Below, one piece after another: positions 1 through 10,340 of a stretch of DNA of 64,000 bases. The notes under the pieces were generated by a model. That model saw only the letters and a list, made by a program, of their open reading frames with translations. It ran no database searches and was not told the DNA's origin. The translations under genes were made by a program, and so were the position numbers. Origin of the DNA: an uncultured bacterium (GTDB taxonomy: Bacteria; Poribacteria; DTPJ01). The DNA lies in assembly GCA_964564735.1 (NCBI GenBank), contig CAZMCH010000003.1, positions 32,006-96,005 on the forward strand, written 5' to 3'. How positions within the stretch are numbered: the first letter of the stretch is position 1; each line of letters starts with the position of its first letter.

Positions 1-572
1 GTCTATATTATGCAACATTTATTATTTTTGCTGTTTCGGGTTGTGCGTTATTCAGCTCTGATTTGATACATATCTTGACTCCAGAATCTTATCATCGCTC
101 TTATTTGTATGTTCCGATATTAGCTTATGGTTTTCTTTTTGAGGGATTAAATTCAATGTTTGGTGAGGGATTGAACTTTGCCAATAAGCCATATTATCGT
201 TCCTTTACCTTTGTGTTAGGGGCGTTATTAAATTTGGGTTTAAATTTCTATTTTATTCCCAAATATGGTATATTGGGTGCTAGCATTACTACTTTGTTAG
301 CTTACCTTGTTACTTTTATATTAGGATATATCTTATCCATAAAATTTTATCCAAGAATAAAGTATGATATTAAGAAAATAATGTTAATAAGCCTTTATTT
401 TGTTCCTTTTATCTTTATCGGCTTTTTTATAGATAAAGAATATAACATGATAAATATTGTGTATAAATTTGGCATTTATCTTTTGGCAGTATCAAGTGTA
501 ACAATATTATTTTTGCGTAAGGAAGCTCGATATATAATTGAACGGTACCGAATATACTTTAAATGGCTATGA
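1..572 (+). CDS. Polysaccharide flippase (Wzx/MOP superfamily), C-terminal part; 5' end lies upstream of the window
   Basis: The frame of the listed ORF 63..572 stays open back to nt 3, so the gene is cut by the window edge. Hydrophobic multi-helix sequence (YGILGASITTLLAYLVTFILGY) is typical of MOP flippase C-termini. It heads a same-strand glycan locus. Confidence 0.6.
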   Translation, partial: LYYATFIIFAVSGCALFSSDLIHILTPESYHRSYLYVPILAYGFLFEGLNSMFGEGLNFANKPYYRSFTFVLGALLNLGLNFYFIPKYGILGASITTLLAYLVTFILGYILSIKFYPRIKYDIKKIMLISLYFVPFIFIGFFIDKEYNMINIVYKFGIYLLAVSSVTILFLRKEARYIIERYRIYFKWL

Positions 573-1855
573 TTATGAAAACTAAAGTTTGTATGCTTAC
601 AACACATCATTCTGCTCTGGACGATAGAATCTTTTATAAAGAAGCCCGAAGTTTACATAATGCAGGATATGATGTAACTTTAATTGCCCCACTAAATCAA
701 GACGGTTTTTTAACGGATATGGGAAGAAAGCCTATTGCAAAAGATGAAGCTTTAATAGATGGAATTAAGATTATAGGCTTTAGGGAAGGAAAACATAGTT
801 TATTTGGCTTGCCAAAAACATGGACTATTAGTCAATGGATCAGGTTAAGCATGGATGCGAAATCTAGTTTTAGTAAGCATGATCCTTTTGCTGATATAAT
901 AAATAAGGGAATAGAGATTGGGGCTGATGTTTATCATTGTCATGAAATTTGGTCTTTATATTCAGGTATAAAGATTAAGAATGAACTAGAAAAGAAAGGC
1001 AAAAAGGTTAAATTAATCTGTGATGTCCATGAATATTGGCCAGCGAAAGATTATGGTAATAAAATTAGAGAAAATATTTGGAGCAAAACAAAAAGCAAAT
1101 TTGAAAAGAAAAATTATAATTATGCTGATTATTTCTTTACAGTAAATCAAATGCTTAGAGGATATTTGCTCTTAGTTAATGGGTTTAAGAATACTAATAT
1201 TCTCTATAATTGCTCCATATTATCTATATTTAAAGAATCTGAACAGAAAATGGATCATTCAGAAAAAAAAATTACAATCTGCCATGAAGGTTCGCTTGTT
1301 TTTAATAGAGGATTGAAAGAAATCATTGAGGTTATGGGGGCTTTGAAGAAACACTATAATGATAGAGTTCGTCTACTTATAATCGGTGAAGCTTATGGGA
1401 AAGAAAAAGAGTATTTTAAAGAAAATATAAAAAGATATGAAATAGAGGATATTGTTAAATTCACAGGATGGTTACCCTATGAGGAAGTTGGTAACGCTAT
1501 TGCCAATGGTACGATTGGCATCAATTTTTTAGACTATCATTCCGAGAACAACAATTTTACAACAGCAATAAAGCTATTTAATTATATGAGATATGGATTA
1601 CCAATCGTTACGGTTGATTTGCCAGAAACTCGTCGGATTATACTAGATGCCAATTGTGGTATAATCGTCAAAGAAAGAACTACTGAAGCCCTTGCAGATG
1701 CCTTATCTATGTTGATAGATAATCCAGAATTAAGACAAAAATTGGGGCAAAACGGAAGAAAGGCTGTTGAGGAAAAATACAATTGGGGTGTAATGGAAAA
1801 GAGATTGCTTAGAGTCTATGATGAACTTCTGTCATCGTCAAAGTTTGTTTTATGA
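563..1855 (+). CDS. Glycosyltransferase family 4 (GT-B fold)
   Basis: 430 aa. N-terminal HHSALDDRIFYKEA motif of GT4 N-domains. C-terminal nucleotide-sugar binding half (GWLPYEEV...NFLD...KLFNYMRYGLPIV) with the E-x7-E-like region. Confidence 0.8.
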   Translation: MAMIMKTKVCMLTTHHSALDDRIFYKEARSLHNAGYDVTLIAPLNQDGFLTDMGRKPIAKDEALIDGIKIIGFREGKHSLFGLPKTWTISQWIRLSMDAKSSFSKHDPFADIINKGIEIGADVYHCHEIWSLYSGIKIKNELEKKGKKVKLICDVHEYWPAKDYGNKIRENIWSKTKSKFEKKNYNYADYFFTVNQMLRGYLLLVNGFKNTNILYNCSILSIFKESEQKMDHSEKKITICHEGSLVFNRGLKEIIEVMGALKKHYNDRVRLLIIGEAYGKEKEYFKENIKRYEIEDIVKFTGWLPYEEVGNAIANGTIGINFLDYHSENNNFTTAIKLFNYMRYGLPIVTVDLPETRRIILDANCGIIVKERTTEALADALSMLIDNPELRQKLGQNGRKAVEEKYNWGVMEKRLLRVYDELLSSSKFVL

Positions 1856-1881
1856 GTCAATTGTGATTTTGGTTATTAATT

Positions 1882-2904
1882 GTGAAGGTTATTATATTGT
1901 CATTAGAAATAAGAAGGCTGGAAGAAACTGAATATGATGAATGGGATAAGTTAGTTGAGGAATCTCCTCAAGGAACGATTTTTCATGAATCCTCATGGAT
2001 TAAGGCTTTAACAGAGGATTATGGTATTTATGGATATTTTAAGAATGGGAAACTATCTGCTGGAATACCTTTTGTCCGAAGTAAGCTAAAACTTGGGATA
2101 AAAAAATTACATTCCCCACCTTCAACGCCCTATTTTGGTATTGTTTATAAGGAAAATAAGGGCAAATATGTTACTAATCTTTCCGATGAGAAATCTATAA
2201 GCATGGCAATAATAAAAAAATTAAAAGAGGAGTTTGACTCTATAACAATTAGCTTTTCTCCATTTGTGATTGATATACAACCTTTTATATGGGAAGGTTT
2301 TTCTTGTAATGTTAAATATACCTATATGATTCAGATTCATGATCTTGATCTTGTTTGGAATGATATGGATGCAAAAAGAAGAAATGATATAGTTAAGGCA
2401 GAAAAAGATGGCGTATATATAGAACCTTCAGATGATTTTGAACAAACCATTGAACTTGTAAAAAAAACATTTGATAGGCAAAGAAAGCAAGTGAATTTCA
2501 TATCAACAGCTATTATTTATAATAATATGCTAAGTGATAAAGGACGCTGTAAGTCCTTTCTTGCTAGGGATAATAGTGGGAAAGCCATCGGTGCGGTATA
2601 TATTATTTGGGATCAAAAAAGAAGCTATTATTTATTTGGTGGCTATGACTCCGAAGAAAAACATCATGGTGCTTCTGCTATGGCTACATGGGAAGCGATA
2701 AAATTTACTAAAAATGTATTGGGGTTAAATTGCTTCGATTTCGAAGGTTCGATGATTCCTGCAATTGAAACTTATTTTAGAAAATTTGGAGGAGAGTTAA
2801 CTCCCTATTATACTGTTAATTGGATGAAACCTTGTATAGAGACAGTGTCGCATGCAAAAAAATCAATTAAATTTGCATTGAATTGCATAAAACACAGAAA
2901 ATAA
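1882..2904 (+). CDS. FemAB-like / GNAT-fold acyltransferase (Acetyltransf_6, BioF2-like)
   Basis: 340 aa. Pattern FHESSWIKAL ... KRRNDIVKAEKDGV ... YYLFGGYD ... CFDFEGS matches the FemAB-related proteins found in EPS loci. Confidence 0.6.
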   Translation: MKVIILSLEIRRLEETEYDEWDKLVEESPQGTIFHESSWIKALTEDYGIYGYFKNGKLSAGIPFVRSKLKLGIKKLHSPPSTPYFGIVYKENKGKYVTNLSDEKSISMAIIKKLKEEFDSITISFSPFVIDIQPFIWEGFSCNVKYTYMIQIHDLDLVWNDMDAKRRNDIVKAEKDGVYIEPSDDFEQTIELVKKTFDRQRKQVNFISTAIIYNNMLSDKGRCKSFLARDNSGKAIGAVYIIWDQKRSYYLFGGYDSEEKHHGASAMATWEAIKFTKNVLGLNCFDFEGSMIPAIETYFRKFGGELTPYYTVNWMKPCIETVSHAKKSIKFALNCIKHRK

Positions 2905-2910
2905 TTAAAA

Positions 2911-4374
2911 ATGATATGTGTTTATATAGAATCAGAAAATGAAGTTATAAAAAAAAGAATACGTTATGTTATGGAACAATTATTAGTTCCAATAGGATAT
3001 CCTTTCACCTTTCAAGCAGAATTAAATAGTTTTGATAATATATTTACCATAGCTTGTATTCCTGAAAATAAATCTGATATTCAATCATATACACAAAAAT
3101 TTGATATTGTAATTCCTTATGGAGATTATAACTCATGGTTAGTTGATGATGTTGATATAAAGGCAGATAAAGTTAATGATATTTACGTTTTATACATCAA
3201 AAAGACTCCTGAATATTTGATCCATGATGGAAAAATTGGTTTTGATCTGATAAATATCGTATTCTATCTTTTATCACGTCAAGAGGAATATGTATATACG
3301 CATCGGGACCTTTGGAATTGCTTTTCGGCTACATATTCAATTCTTTATGAAAATGGCATCATTGGAATACCAATAATAAATTATTACATTAAATTCCTTG
3401 CTTCATATATCCGACAGCGGTCAAGACAATTACCTGAACCAAAATGGAAAGATGGCAAATCTTTTGCAGTAGTTCTTTCTCATGATGTTGATCGCCTTTC
3501 ATCAAATTATCTTAGTATAATTATAAACAAAATATTAAGGGCAAGAAAGTATTTTAATCCTGCCTCAACGATTATAAGTTCAATAAAGGAGCTATTATCC
3601 CTTACGAAATCAGAAAAATGGGATCTATCTGATTTGACAGGGAAAGAAGCTCAATTTGGATTTCACTCAACTTTCTTTATAGCAAGTAATACCCAATACA
3701 GGCATCCTGATGATCCACATTATTGGATTAATAGCAAGCTAATATACAAAAAGAAAAAAATAGCTTTAAATAATTTGGCAAAGTTGTTGCAAGATAAAGG
3801 CTGGGAAATTGGTTTACATGGAAGCATCAATTCATATCAAGATCAAGATTTGCTTTCTCGTGAGAAAGACTTGCTTATAAAAAAAACTGGTTGCTCAATT
3901 CAGGGCATAAGACAACATTATCTTTGTCTTGATGTTAATAAAACTTGGCAAATACATGAGAAGATTGGATTTAGATATGATACAACATTGGGTTTCAATG
4001 AACGGAATGGTTTTCGCGCTGGAATGGCATTTCCTTTTAATCCCTATAATTTCCAGACAGAGCAAAAATTCAATCTATTAGAATTACCAATGACAGTAAT
4101 GGACGGTAGTCTTTTCAGTATTAATGGTGAAAAATTAGATTATTATAAAGCAGTCCAAAGATGCAATAAATTATTTAATAACATTAGACAAACAGAAGGT
4201 TTGCTTGTCATCAATTTTCATCCCCATTATTATCAATCTGTCTATCCAGAATGGTGGGCAATTTATGAATATATATTAAATTATCTATCTGAATCTTCTG
4301 TATGGGTTGCAACTGGAAAGGAAATTGTTGACTGGTGGTCAGAACGCAAAAAGAAATTATATATTACAACTTAA
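2911..4374 (+). CDS. Polysaccharide deacetylase family protein (CE4-like)
   Basis: 487 aa. Motifs VVLSHDVDRL, GWEIGLHGS and GIRQHYL correspond to the divalent-metal and catalytic motifs of polysaccharide deacetylases. Confidence 0.65.
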   Translation: MICVYIESENEVIKKRIRYVMEQLLVPIGYPFTFQAELNSFDNIFTIACIPENKSDIQSYTQKFDIVIPYGDYNSWLVDDVDIKADKVNDIYVLYIKKTPEYLIHDGKIGFDLINIVFYLLSRQEEYVYTHRDLWNCFSATYSILYENGIIGIPIINYYIKFLASYIRQRSRQLPEPKWKDGKSFAVVLSHDVDRLSSNYLSIIINKILRARKYFNPASTIISSIKELLSLTKSEKWDLSDLTGKEAQFGFHSTFFIASNTQYRHPDDPHYWINSKLIYKKKKIALNNLAKLLQDKGWEIGLHGSINSYQDQDLLSREKDLLIKKTGCSIQGIRQHYLCLDVNKTWQIHEKIGFRYDTTLGFNERNGFRAGMAFPFNPYNFQTEQKFNLLELPMTVMDGSLFSINGEKLDYYKAVQRCNKLFNNIRQTEGLLVINFHPHYYQSVYPEWWAIYEYILNYLSESSVWVATGKEIVDWWSERKKKLYITT

Positions 4375-4399
4375 TACATGATATTATTGAAAGTTATTT

Positions 4400-6292
4400 A
4401 TGTGCAGTATAGCTGGAATAATTAGATATAAACAAGAAATAGATAAAAATCTTCTCAAACAGATGAATATTGTTCAAAGACATAGGGGACCTGATGATGA
4501 AGGTTACTTTGTTGATGAAAATGTTGGACTTGCCCATAATCGTTTAAGCATAATTGATCTTTCTCCATTAGGGCACCAACCAATGTCTAATGAAGATGGA
4601 ACGATCTGGATTGTCTATAATGGTGAAATTTATAATTATTTAGAGATAATACCTGACCTGAAATCAAAAGGACATATATTCAAATCTAAAACAGATACAG
4701 AGGTTATTATACATGCTTACGAGGAATATGATATTGACTGTCTTCAAAGGCTTAATGGAATGTTCGCTTTTGCTATATGGGATAGTCGCAAAAAACAATT
4801 ATTTTGTGCCAGAGATCGTTTTGGAATAAAGCCATTTTACTACTATCGCAATGACGATTATTTTATTTTTGCATCTGAAATAAAGGCAATACTTGAGGAC
4901 AAAAAAATACAGCTTTCAGTAAATAATCAAATACTATACAATTTTCTTAGATATGGCATAGTTAATTATAATAATGAAACTTTTTATTGCAATATAATGC
5001 AACTTCCATCAGCACATTGTTTAATATTGCGACAAAATGAGATTTCAATAGAGAAGTATTGGGATATAGAACCTGAAAACGAACTTAATGATAAAAGTGA
5101 TGAATTCTATGCAGAAAAATTCCATGAATTATTCGAGGATTCCATAAGGATTCATCTCAGAAGTGATGTTCCAATTGGAACTTGTTTAAGTGGTGGTATT
5201 GACTCATCTTCTATTGTATGTGTAGCTAATGATTTGTTATTTCCAGAAAAGAATTTAAAGGAAAGTATAAAAGATCATCAAAAAACATTTTCTTCATGTT
5301 TTGAAGATTTACGCTTTGATGAAAGAAAATATATAAATAAAGTTATTGAAAAGACAGGAGCAGAAAATAATTTTATCTTTCCAAGTTCAAAAGATTTAAT
5401 CAAAGATATTGAGAAACTTATATGGTATCAAGATCAACCTTTTAATAGCACAAGCATATTTGCTCAATGGAATGTAATGAAATTGGCTAGTGAAAGCGGT
5501 GTAATTGTTCTACTTGATGGTCAAGGAGCAGATGAGTTGCTTGCAGGTTATCCACCATATTTTGGAGCAAATTTCGAAGAACTTGCCAGAAAAATGGCTT
5601 TATGTAGCCTCTTGAAAGAAAGAGTTTTATATGCACAAAATCGGGGCTATTCTTTGCTCAAATCTACATTTTTTGCTTTAGCTGGTTCTATATCTCAAAT
5701 TTGGAAAAATTCAAATAAAAACGACATGATTTCCTTTCAATCAGAATTGCCTGAAGCATTATCCAACGATGGCTGTGAAGCATTAGGCAATTTGTATAAA
5801 CCAAAGTATTTTAAGGATATACTAAAGAATAGGCTATATTATGATTGCATCAAAGGATATAGATTATCTTCATTATTACGTTACGAAGACCGTAACAGTA
5901 TGGCATTTTCCCTTGAATCGAGAGTTCCATTCCTTGACTATAGACTTGTGGAATATGTATTTAGCTTGCCTGATAGATGTAGAATAAATAAAGGTTGGAC
6001 AAAAGCTGTGTTGCGAAATGCAATGAAAGGTATTTTACCAGAAGAAATACGTATGAGGAAAGACAAAATGGGATTTGTAACTCCACAAGACGTATGGATG
6101 AGAGGAGAGCTAAAATCTTGGATAAATGATATTTTTTATTCAAAGAGTTTCAAAGAAAGACCATATTTCAATTATGAAATAGTTCATCAATATTGGCATT
6201 TATATTGCAATAATAAAATGAATATAGGTTCTGTAATCTGGAGATGGTTATGTGCAGAACTATGGTTAAGAAGATTTATAGACCACAATTAA
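4400..6292 (+). CDS. Asparagine synthetase (glutamine-hydrolysing) family amidotransferase, EPS-locus type
   Basis: 630 aa. N-terminal Cys2 (MCSIAGI) of an Ntn amidotransferase. PP-loop SGGIDSS. Full-length AsnB architecture. Confidence 0.85.
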   Translation: MCSIAGIIRYKQEIDKNLLKQMNIVQRHRGPDDEGYFVDENVGLAHNRLSIIDLSPLGHQPMSNEDGTIWIVYNGEIYNYLEIIPDLKSKGHIFKSKTDTEVIIHAYEEYDIDCLQRLNGMFAFAIWDSRKKQLFCARDRFGIKPFYYYRNDDYFIFASEIKAILEDKKIQLSVNNQILYNFLRYGIVNYNNETFYCNIMQLPSAHCLILRQNEISIEKYWDIEPENELNDKSDEFYAEKFHELFEDSIRIHLRSDVPIGTCLSGGIDSSSIVCVANDLLFPEKNLKESIKDHQKTFSSCFEDLRFDERKYINKVIEKTGAENNFIFPSSKDLIKDIEKLIWYQDQPFNSTSIFAQWNVMKLASESGVIVLLDGQGADELLAGYPPYFGANFEELARKMALCSLLKERVLYAQNRGYSLLKSTFFALAGSISQIWKNSNKNDMISFQSELPEALSNDGCEALGNLYKPKYFKDILKNRLYYDCIKGYRLSSLLRYEDRNSMAFSLESRVPFLDYRLVEYVFSLPDRCRINKGWTKAVLRNAMKGILPEEIRMRKDKMGFVTPQDVWMRGELKSWINDIFYSKSFKERPYFNYEIVHQYWHLYCNNKMNIGSVIWRWLCAELWLRRFIDHN

Positions 6293-6347
6293 TTCGTCTC
6301 TTAATATATTATCTCTTAGAATAGTTATAATTTTACAGGAGAGGGGA

Positions 6348-8348
6348 ATGAATATTAGCTCTCATATTGCAAAACCATCAATTTATACGTTCGTAAAATT
6401 AATAATTACCTTATTTCTGTCATCTTTGATCGTTTGCCTATTCATTATATTTGCCTTCAAATCCGAGACGTTACGAGTTATGATATGTTTGTTAGAAACA
6501 AAACTGCACATAATATTGCTTGTTATAACTATTGTAATAGCCTTATTATTGAATATACAAATAATTCGTGGCAAAATAATCAACAAAGATAGAATCAAAA
6601 ATATAATAAAAAAATATAGAATTGCATTTGATTCTCTATTATTAGCTTTAGCTATTATAGTTTTTACATTACCATTATTTCAAACATGGTCAACCGGAAA
6701 CGTTAATGGGGGAAATAGTCTTGGAGGTATTTTGCCTTATAGCGATTGCGGTTATTATTACATTGGTGCAGAACATTTATTACATACAGGAACATTGGAT
6801 TCATGGAATCATCGCAGACCTATAAATTCATGTTTATTAGCAACTAGATTAGCCTTAGTCAAACATGATTTTCGCTCTGCCATGATAATCGAAGCGATTT
6901 TGATAGGTTTATCATGTTATCTAGCGACTAAAGCATTTTCCATGAGTTTAGGTTCTTTATCTGGATTAACATTTTTTACCGTATTATATGGACTAAATAG
7001 AGTTAATGTTGCAGTTATAATGAGCGAAAATCTGGGTCTTATATTCGGTTCGCTTGCTTTTGCTATAATGTGGTATGGAGTATGTAAAAATAAAATGTGG
7101 ATTATTGCATTAGGGATTATACCTTTAGTGTCAGGCTTGAGTGCAAGACTTGGTGCTATAATTGTATTGCCGTGTCTTCTAATATGGGCATTTATTGTTT
7201 TTAAGGATAAAAGAATAACAAGATATATATCCGTTGGATTAATTATGCTTGCTATGATTGTTGGGTTTATGTTTAATTTTGCAATTTTCAAAATAAATGG
7301 TGGAGAACGCATATCTCAGTTTCAGGGCGGAACTGCTCTTACTTTATACGGATTTGCATCAGGAGGAAAAGGGTGGCGACAAGCCCAAAGAGATTTTCCC
7401 GAAATTTCTTACATGGATGACGTAAGCATGAACGATTTTGTCTATAAAAAGACTTTTGATATAATTAAAAACAATCCTTTTGGATTTTTCATGACTATAA
7501 TAAGGTTATCAGCCATTTCTTTTATTGGATTTGCAATACAATTTATGGAGATGATAACAGGTATTTTACCCTATGCAACTCCTATAAGAGGCTATTTAGA
7601 TTTTTATTTGGTATCAAGATTAATTATTATGCTGTTGATTCTTGCCATTATATTAATTGGATTTATAAGATTTTTTGTAGTTAATCGTCGTAATACAAAG
7701 GCTTCTTTTATTTTAGCAGGTTTGATAGGAAATATACTTAGTATTCCATTAATTTTTCCTGATGGATTTATACGTGTATTTGCTGTAACTTTTCCATTTT
7801 TTGCAGGTATGATTTCAATTGGGATAACTAAATGGAATTTATCAATTGAAGATAAAATAGAAGATGTTGTTGATAATTATAGGATTCTTATTCCAACAAC
7901 TATTAGTGTTATACTTATTTTTTCTGCCATGTTTGGTCCGTTAATTGTCAGACAATTTGGGCAAAAACAAATACCTGATATTTCCTTATATAATAATGAA
8001 AATAATCATGTTATTGCTCGTATTGGTCCGGGGATTTCCTATCTTGATATTTATCCTGAATCTTCTTCTGTAAGAACATTTGCCCCAAAAATAAACGAAC
8101 GTGATTTCAAAGCAAATTTGGCAAATGAGCTTCATCCCGAATTTTCTAAACTTCTTGAGCCAATGTATGAAAATATTAATGCTCCAACTACATTGATGTT
8201 TGTTTATGATCTACTATCCAAAAAAGGAGTATTTATTTTGACTCCATTAGGGTTTGTTGGGAGTGAATGGAATTATATAATCTTTGATGTTAAAAAAGTG
8301 TTTGGAACAAATGATCTCTTTACAATGTTAACTTATAAAATTATCTAG
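6348..8348 (+). CDS. Large polytopic membrane protein, function unknown (possible GT-C-type glycosyltransferase or polymerase)
   Basis: 666 aa, more than 10 hydrophobic segments and a C-terminal soluble region of about 130 aa. Located in the glycan locus. No catalytic motif recognised. Confidence 0.35.
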   Translation: MNISSHIAKPSIYTFVKLIITLFLSSLIVCLFIIFAFKSETLRVMICLLETKLHIILLVITIVIALLLNIQIIRGKIINKDRIKNIIKKYRIAFDSLLLALAIIVFTLPLFQTWSTGNVNGGNSLGGILPYSDCGYYYIGAEHLLHTGTLDSWNHRRPINSCLLATRLALVKHDFRSAMIIEAILIGLSCYLATKAFSMSLGSLSGLTFFTVLYGLNRVNVAVIMSENLGLIFGSLAFAIMWYGVCKNKMWIIALGIIPLVSGLSARLGAIIVLPCLLIWAFIVFKDKRITRYISVGLIMLAMIVGFMFNFAIFKINGGERISQFQGGTALTLYGFASGGKGWRQAQRDFPEISYMDDVSMNDFVYKKTFDIIKNNPFGFFMTIIRLSAISFIGFAIQFMEMITGILPYATPIRGYLDFYLVSRLIIMLLILAIILIGFIRFFVVNRRNTKASFILAGLIGNILSIPLIFPDGFIRVFAVTFPFFAGMISIGITKWNLSIEDKIEDVVDNYRILIPTTISVILIFSAMFGPLIVRQFGQKQIPDISLYNNENNHVIARIGPGISYLDIYPESSSVRTFAPKINERDFKANLANELHPEFSKLLEPMYENINAPTTLMFVYDLLSKKGVFILTPLGFVGSEWNYIIFDVKKVFGTNDLFTMLTYKII

Positions 8349-8413
8349 TCTTTTTATTGATTATCTATTTTTCAATAAAGTAATTTTCTCGAGATAATGG
8401 ACTTAATTAATAA

Positions 8414-9607
8414 ATGAAACCTTGTATTGTTTGGGATTCCATTTTAAGCCTTGAGAAAGCCTCAAAGGGCGATATATCGCAGATCGTATATATGGTTGAA
8501 GCACTTGCTGAACAAAAAATTGATGTGTCTTTAGTTGCCTTAAATGCAGGAAAAGCATATATTGACGGAGTTAATATAAGGCAAGTTCCAAATTTTTGGT
8601 ATATCAAGCAAAGAACGAGAACGCTTGGAAGGCTTTTTTCCGACTTGTATGGCTACGGAGGTAAGATTACTGCTCGATACATAGCTAAGTTTGTAGTAAA
8701 CAGGCTTGACCCAATTGAGCATTATGATCTATATCATGTTAGAGCAAGAAATCTAGCAATAGAGTTAAAACGATTTCAATTTAATAAACCGCTTGTTTAT
8801 ACCGCTATTCCACAGTTTTTACATACTGGGCAAATAAAAGATAAAAAACTCGATCAAATGGCTATTGATTCGGCAGATAGTCTAATCGCATTAACTGAGG
8901 GTTGGAAACAGTTTATATTGGAAAATTTTGATGTGGGCAAGCGTGAAATTGATGTTGTGCCTGTTTGCGTGAAAAATTCTGATATTTTATTAGAAGATGA
9001 CTCAAAAATCAATAAATTATTTGACGGCAAAAAAGTTATTGGGTATTTTGGAAGGCTTCAGGAAGGTTATGGAATAGATGTTCTGATAGAGTCTATTCCT
9101 GAAATAAGAAAGCATGTGGATAATTTATTAGTTATTATTGCTGGCGGTTCTGTATATGGTTATAGAGATAAACTAGAGGCGTTGATGAGAAGTCTGGGAG
9201 TAAATGATAACGTTTATTTTGCTGGTGAGATACCAAGGGATTTAGTTCCAAATTATCTAAGCAAGTGTGATGTCTTAATCAGTTTTAGATATAGTGATAA
9301 CAAAGATCGCTATGGATTTGATCAATCAATCCCAATTAAATGTGTAGAATATATTATGCAAGGTAAACCAGTTGTAGCAACAAGAGATGGAGGAATGGAA
9401 CAGTTGCTAGGAAAAGATTATCCATATCTTGTTGAATATAATGACAAAAAAAAGATAGTTGAGAGCATAATAAAGCTATTAACAGATGAAACAGAGGCTC
9501 AAAGGATTAGTAAGCAAAACAAAGCCTTGTCATCAAGATTTACTTATGAATCAGTATCTAGTCACCTTATAAAAGTCTATAATAAAGCGGTAAATTTGAC
9601 TGATTAA
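8414..9607 (+). CDS. Glycosyltransferase family 4
   Basis: 397 aa. C-terminal half has GRLQEGYGIDVL ... FDQSIPIKCVEYIMQGKPVVAT, typical of the GT4 donor-binding domain. Confidence 0.75.
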   Translation: MKPCIVWDSILSLEKASKGDISQIVYMVEALAEQKIDVSLVALNAGKAYIDGVNIRQVPNFWYIKQRTRTLGRLFSDLYGYGGKITARYIAKFVVNRLDPIEHYDLYHVRARNLAIELKRFQFNKPLVYTAIPQFLHTGQIKDKKLDQMAIDSADSLIALTEGWKQFILENFDVGKREIDVVPVCVKNSDILLEDDSKINKLFDGKKVIGYFGRLQEGYGIDVLIESIPEIRKHVDNLLVIIAGGSVYGYRDKLEALMRSLGVNDNVYFAGEIPRDLVPNYLSKCDVLISFRYSDNKDRYGFDQSIPIKCVEYIMQGKPVVATRDGGMEQLLGKDYPYLVEYNDKKKIVESIIKLLTDETEAQRISKQNKALSSRFTYESVSSHLIKVYNKAVNLTD

Positions 9608-9625
9608 AGGGATTTTTTTGCAATA

Positions 9626-10322
9626 ATGAATAGTGATAATCTATCAAATAGAATATATAAGAATTTAAGGGACATTTATCGCAGAAAAGTGTCTTCATAT
9701 TGGGATAATGCTTTTGATTATTTCTCAAACTGTAATAAAATTCTTGATATTGGTTGTGGACAGGGACCGTTCTTGGATTTATTTCCCAAAATAAGTATTG
9801 GTTTAGATATGAATATGAAATCTTTGCTCCAGGCTAAACAAAAGTCGCCTGTTATAATGGGAAATGCTGTAAGCCTTCCATTTAAAGATGAAAGTTTTGA
9901 TGGTATATTATGTTCACATTTAATAGAGCATTTAGAGCCTCATGGTGCATATAATCTACTTTATGAGATCGGGAGAGTTTTGAAAAATGATGGAATACTC
10001 ATATTGAGGGCTCCCTTATTTAATAGCCATTTTTTTGACGATCCAACTCATATTAGACCCTATCCTCCAAATGCAGTCCTATTATCTTAATCCAAAAGAC
10101 AATCACCCTTCGTTTGAGCGTATGCACTATAATTTTGACTTAATCAAGCTAAAATGGCGTTATGAAAGGATTTTTTATCCATCAACAGAGCCAATGATTG
10201 ATCCTTCTCGCTATAAAATAGCGCTTGTATTAAAGACTATAAGTTTGGCTCTAAATAGATTGGGAATACATAGCTTAAAAAAAGATGGTTACACTTTGAT
10301 AGTAAAGAAGCTTTCTATTTAG
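9626..10322 (+). pseudogene. Class I SAM-dependent methyltransferase (Methyltransf_11 type) split by a +1 frameshift
   Basis: ORF 9626..10090 carries motif I ILDIGCGQG and the conserved DDPTHIRPY, then stops. The overlapping ORF 10035..10322 in the next frame supplies a plausible C-terminus ending GYTLIVKK. Confidence 0.6.
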
Positions 10323-10340
10323 AATTATATGAGGTAATAA

